Assembly (NCBI GenBank): GCA_964187785.1
Contig: OZ076409.1
Location: 63,924,001 to 63,988,000 of the forward strand
Origin: Amphiscolops sp. MND2022
Lineage: Eukaryota
Reading direction: 5' to 3'
DNA length: 64,000 bases
Of the stretch, positions 63,551 through 64,000 are shown in pieces (the first letter of the stretch is position 1; each line of letters starts with the position of its first letter). The position numbers were made by a program, and so were the translations under genes. Below the pieces are notes generated by a model. The model was not told the origin of the DNA. It ran no database searches and saw only the letters and a program-made list of their open reading frames with translations.

Positions 63551-63689
63551 ATGCATCAGCTTCAACCATCCAAAAAGAACTTTATCATCGTGACTCTCGT
63601 TATCCTAGTAGTCTCGACTTTACACGCGAATAATGCTAATGCTCAAGGTGCAGTCACCGATTTTGAAGCCAAGCTCCAAAGTCCTGAAG
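63551..63689 (+). CDS. Signal-peptide exon paralogous to 60648-60780
   Basis: MHQLQPSKKNFIIVTLVILVVSTLHANNANA..KLQSPE; aaaATG context; phase-1 donor aag|gttgtt at the equivalent position. Confidence 0.6.
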
Positions 63690-64000
63690 GTTGTTAATTT
63701 AATTCAATTAGTTTCCTTACTACTGAAGTTTTTTTTTCATTAGTGTTTTAGTCGGCGCTTTTTGAAGAAAAATACTTACAACGACTAGCTTTTTTCGTAT
63801 CTCTAGCCTCACACTGAAATGTCCACTCTTTGAGCACTCATTTCCGAACACAGTGGTTGCAAATTGTCGTAGTTAGCTAGCTATCATGCGTGGCTGGGGA
63901 GCATGAGTTCCTGGGTTCGCATACCGCACTGGTCTAAAATCATTTTACATTTGCAAAAATAGATGAGGCCCAATGACCATTTTCGGGTTCGGTTTTTCGG

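Noticed and set aside
1..64000. Species assignment
   Set aside because: The repeat landscape suggests an invertebrate animal, but no marker gene in the window allows identification without a search.

Overview
AT-rich eukaryotic (invertebrate-like animal) genomic DNA dominated by degenerate, nested transposable elements, with two 200-N assembly gaps. Retroelements: an L2/CR1-group LINE, two CRE-clade non-LTR elements (one with a visible restriction-like endonuclease), several APE-RT LINE relics, two related Copia copies and three Gypsy elements. DNA elements: an internally deleted hAT, a CACTA-like MITE, Helentron-associated (HINE/DINE-like) repeats and a large set of foldback MITEs with 8-9 bp TSDs. 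These MITEs share two hairpin-rich internal cores (A and B) between unrelated arm types. Host genes supported by the sequence: the 5' exons of a minus-strand gene of unknown function (55-1981), a single-exon LDLa/transmembrane/PPxY protein (49937-50878), and two paralogous signal-peptide exons (60648, 63551). Most notable: (i) an SGNH esterase ORF, restored in frame by removing a nested MITE, directly upstream of a PHD-RT-RLE CRE ORF; (ii) a modular MITE system in which cores and arms appear to be exchanged. All calls come from reading the sequence by eye; no database searches were run and boundaries of old elements are approximate.
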